A stretch of DNA of 63,357 nucleotides, the filler included, from Octopus bimaculoides (Eukaryota): the NCBI RefSeq assembly GCF_001194135.2. It is 4 parts of 3 records of this genome, joined end to end, with 100 filler letters (N's around TTAATTAATTAA, not from the genome) between each part and the next. Parts side by side here need not be neighbours in the genome. Positions count along the whole stretch, not along the records: positions 58,011 to 63,357 come from NW_026420341.1; 3 more parts are not named here. The stretch is one strand, 5' to 3'. Below are positions 60,326 to 63,357 of this stretch, in pieces (within the stretch, counting starts at the first letter, position 1; each line of letters starts with the position of its first letter). The notes below the pieces were generated by a model. It was not told the origin of the DNA, did no database searches, and was given only the letters and a program-made list of their open reading frames with translations. A program made the translations under genes and the position numbers.

Positions 60326-60834
60326 ATTTGTAAGAGGAAGGAATAAAGCGGGAGAGATTTGTGGGAAGCAGAGGAAAATGCTTTAACAAAGGATGGTGAA
60401 GCAGATTCGAAGCAGGTAGATAGATTTTAAACCGTTCCTACTTCTCCATAGAAAATGGGGTTTCGGTATGGAATGAAAGGATAGATGGCACAGGATGGGT
60501 AAGAATAGGGGATGAAGAAAGTAACTACACATTCAGATGCTCACTAATCACTTAACATAAACAGGATTTAAGTATGAGCAGCCATAAGTTTCATGCTCTC
60601 ATAGTACAATAGTCAAACAAGGTTGAATGGCATACTGTGTAATATGATGCTGGAAGATTACACAATAGTATTATATCATGCCATACAACCTTATCCAACA
60701 ATTGTAATATTGTAATATCAGAGCATGAAACCGATAGTACTCATTTCACATTTAAATCCTGTGTATATTAAATGATAACACTGGATGGAGTATGATTCAC
60801 TTTGTTGATTCCACCTATGATGGAACAGTATTTA

Positions 60835-60876
<42 letters not shown>

Positions 60877-60972
60877 ATAAGGCAGCAAGCTGGCAGAAAA
60901 GGGGTGAGCTGGTAGGGAATGTGGCGAGCTGGCAAAAACGAACACAGACACACGCATACACATATATGACAT

Positions 60973-61133
60973 GTTTCTCTTAGTTTCCTTCTACCAAACC
61001 CACTGAAAAAGTTTTGGTTGGCCTGAGGCTACTACAATAACACATACAAGACACTAGTTCAAGGTGCCATGCAGTGGAACTGAACCTGGGCCCATGTGGT
61101 TGAGAAGCAAACTTCTTACCACACAGCCACATC
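60973..61133 (-). mobile_element. Family A SINE 5' half
   Basis: gtggctgtgtggtaagaagtttgcttctcaaccacatgggcccaggttcagttccactgcatggcaccttgaactagtgtctt..ccaaccaaaac..gggtttggtagaaggaaact. Confidence 0.85.
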
Positions 61134-61869
61134 TATGTCTATTTACAAATATAAATAAAAATATGTAAATATATAAATTCATATTAAGGTTTATGTATTT
61201 TACATAACAAATCAATGTAGTTATTAAGAACAGGACAATAGAAAAATGTTTATATTCATACATGATGATGAGTACAATAAAAGGTCAAATTCCAATAAAC
61301 GTCAATCAAATACCGAATATATATTCTTCCATTAAGTTTTTGTGTTTTGATTCAAAATCTTAAACAGCTACATCTAATATGATTTTTGGGAGATGTCATT
61401 TATCTAGAATTTTCTTTTGAAAAGATAAGATATATGAAGTATTATCATATACAGTCACATTGCTATAGCAAGAAAACAAGTGAATACGGTATGATAGCAT
61501 AAAATTTCTGAGCCATATTTATTAATCTTTTTTATTATATTTCTATAAAAAAAAAGAAATTCCCAAAACAGAAACAGATTCGTTGATATGTGAATTACAA
61601 AACACGAAAAAATTTTTATATGGCTCTAATTGGAAGAAGACGGAGAATTGAGACACATAGAGAACTGCCCAGGGCTTCTAAGGAATATATCAATCACTGT
61701 TGATTGAAGACTGGAATAAGTTCTTTGGACTTTCAATGATACATATATGTAGAGAGAGATGGGGGAGAGCACTCTTTGTGCTATAACAAAAATATATGCA
61801 AGTACACACATGCATATACACACATAAGTTAATGCATTATATATATATATATATATATATATATGCATG

Positions 61870-62089
61870 CGAGGTGGGTGCTGAAAAGTTCCTGGTTTTA
61901 AGGGTATTGTGAAAGGTCTGGTTGGAGGTACAAACTTCCAGCTTCTTTTAGAGGGCTTAGAAAAACTGGAGGACAGCCACAATAAGTGTTGTGTATCTGA
62001 GAGGGGAATATGCTGAATAAAATCATAACTAACTGATCGTCCTGAATTTCCTTTTCCTCAAAGTCAGGAACTTTCCTGCATCCCCATGT
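61870..62089 (+). mobile_element. Mariner internal-deletion derivative, about 220 bp
   Basis: TIRs cgaggtgggtgctgaaaagttcctggtttt and aaagtcaggaactttcctgcatccccatg. The interior encodes GLEKLEDSHNKC..LRGEYAE*, like the mariner C-terminus GI.KL..RW.KCI...GEYVE. Confidence 0.8.
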
Positions 62090-62332
62090 GCATGTGTGTG
62101 CATATATATATATATATATATACATGCCCAAAGATATACAGAGAACGAAAGAAAGAAAGAGATACACTTTTGTACATATATAGTGAGAATTTACAAAAAA
62201 ACAAAATATGAAGATGGGTGTGTAAACAACAAACAGATGTATTAGTTTAACGCTCAGTAAGTGAGAAAGTCTTTTACATTTCAAGCGTACACTCTTCAAC
62301 AGAAAAGAACACAGAAATGAAGATTTATATAT

Positions 62333-62370
<38 letters not shown>

Positions 62371-63119
62371 TCGCTCACAAGCAGATATTGGTTGAATTTC
62401 AAAAATCCAGGGATAAGCATAAGAGGCAACAATTATGATATTTTCATAAGTTACCTCCCATGATCTATGTATCTGTTTTGAAATCCCATTCAGTGTTGTG
62501 TAATCTCATGTATTCTCATCCAAAATGGAGATGACTATAAACACTTCCACATCGGAACACTTGAACAATAGTGAAGATTTCTTGAAAGTATTGGTTGCCT
62601 TGTTAACTCACGTATAAAGTAAGCATGCATCTGTGGCTTTGGTTCAAGATATTTGATGCTTTGAAAATCACAATCAAATACCCTACAAATGTTTTACATT
62701 CTATAAAATAGGAAGTTTAAGAAATTGGCAGGTAAATTCTATGTAATCCCTTGATTTGCTTATTGTAGCTAACAAATCTCCTTCAGCAATCATTCAACTA
62801 TGTTTAATAGAGGGAGGGCCACACAGTCTACATCTTTAGTCTGTGAACTACAGGCTCGTTAATGAAAGCCCTTTGTTTGTGATCAGATAATGACTACTGA
62901 TTGGATGAACTGTCTGGTTTGTTGAATCCGCAATCGAGGCCTACTCAAGCCACCCTATTGTAACAAGTGGCAACAACAAAAATAACAGCAACAAAGAAGG
63001 CAAGAAATTCTTGATGGTAGGAAGATATAATAATCATCATAATGCAGTCGCTGATTTATCTTTTCTGTTTACGCAAACTATTATCTGAGCAAAGTTTATT
63101 AAGAAAATGTAAATATAAT

Positions 63120-63357
63120 CTCTCTGCCTATATACGTGAATATGCATATATGTGTATACATATATATATATATATAGGTATATATGTATATATGTATGTA
63201 TATGTATGCATATATGTATATATATATATATGTATGTATATATGTATATATTTGTTTATTTATTTGTGTATATGTGTATATATATATATATATAGTGTAT
63301 GTATATACATACATATATATATGTATGTATGTATATACATATATATATATATATATA
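63120..63357. repeat. (TA)/(TATG) microsatellite field to the window end
   Basis: Directly visible. Confidence 0.95.

Overview
Repeat-dense, AT-rich animal genomic DNA. About 10% is N gaps, most of them flanked by microsatellites. The SINE and microsatellite content suggests a coleoid cephalopod such as Octopus, which is an inference from recalled repeat families. No host protein-coding gene could be identified with confidence. All long ORFs in the track are artefacts of N runs, microsatellite translations, or pieces or antisense shadows of transposons. The window is a mosaic of decayed mobile elements: two Penelope-like GIY-YIG fragments, three R4/Dong-clade and one further R4-type restriction-like-endonuclease (RLE) LINE fragments (two start directly in (TAA)n, one ends in (CATA)n), two complementary HERO-like LINE halves, two CR1/L2-type LINEs, an RTE endonuclease remnant, mariner relics, a Tc1-type MITE, a long-TIR element with an 8-bp TSD, a Helitron 3' end and at least four tRNA-derived SINE families. 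The most interesting signal is a short element built as tRNA-derived Pol III head, (TAA)n linker, then a minimal type I hammerhead ribozyme with a palindromic ACGU stem III, the form known from Penelope-like elements. It occurs three times: one copy has an intact ribozyme core (35744-35789) and two form a head-to-head inverted dimer (41873-42412). A CpG/GC-enriched block at 25525-26230 may be a promoter or first exon. All protein and family assignments are by motif recognition by eye; no search was run.
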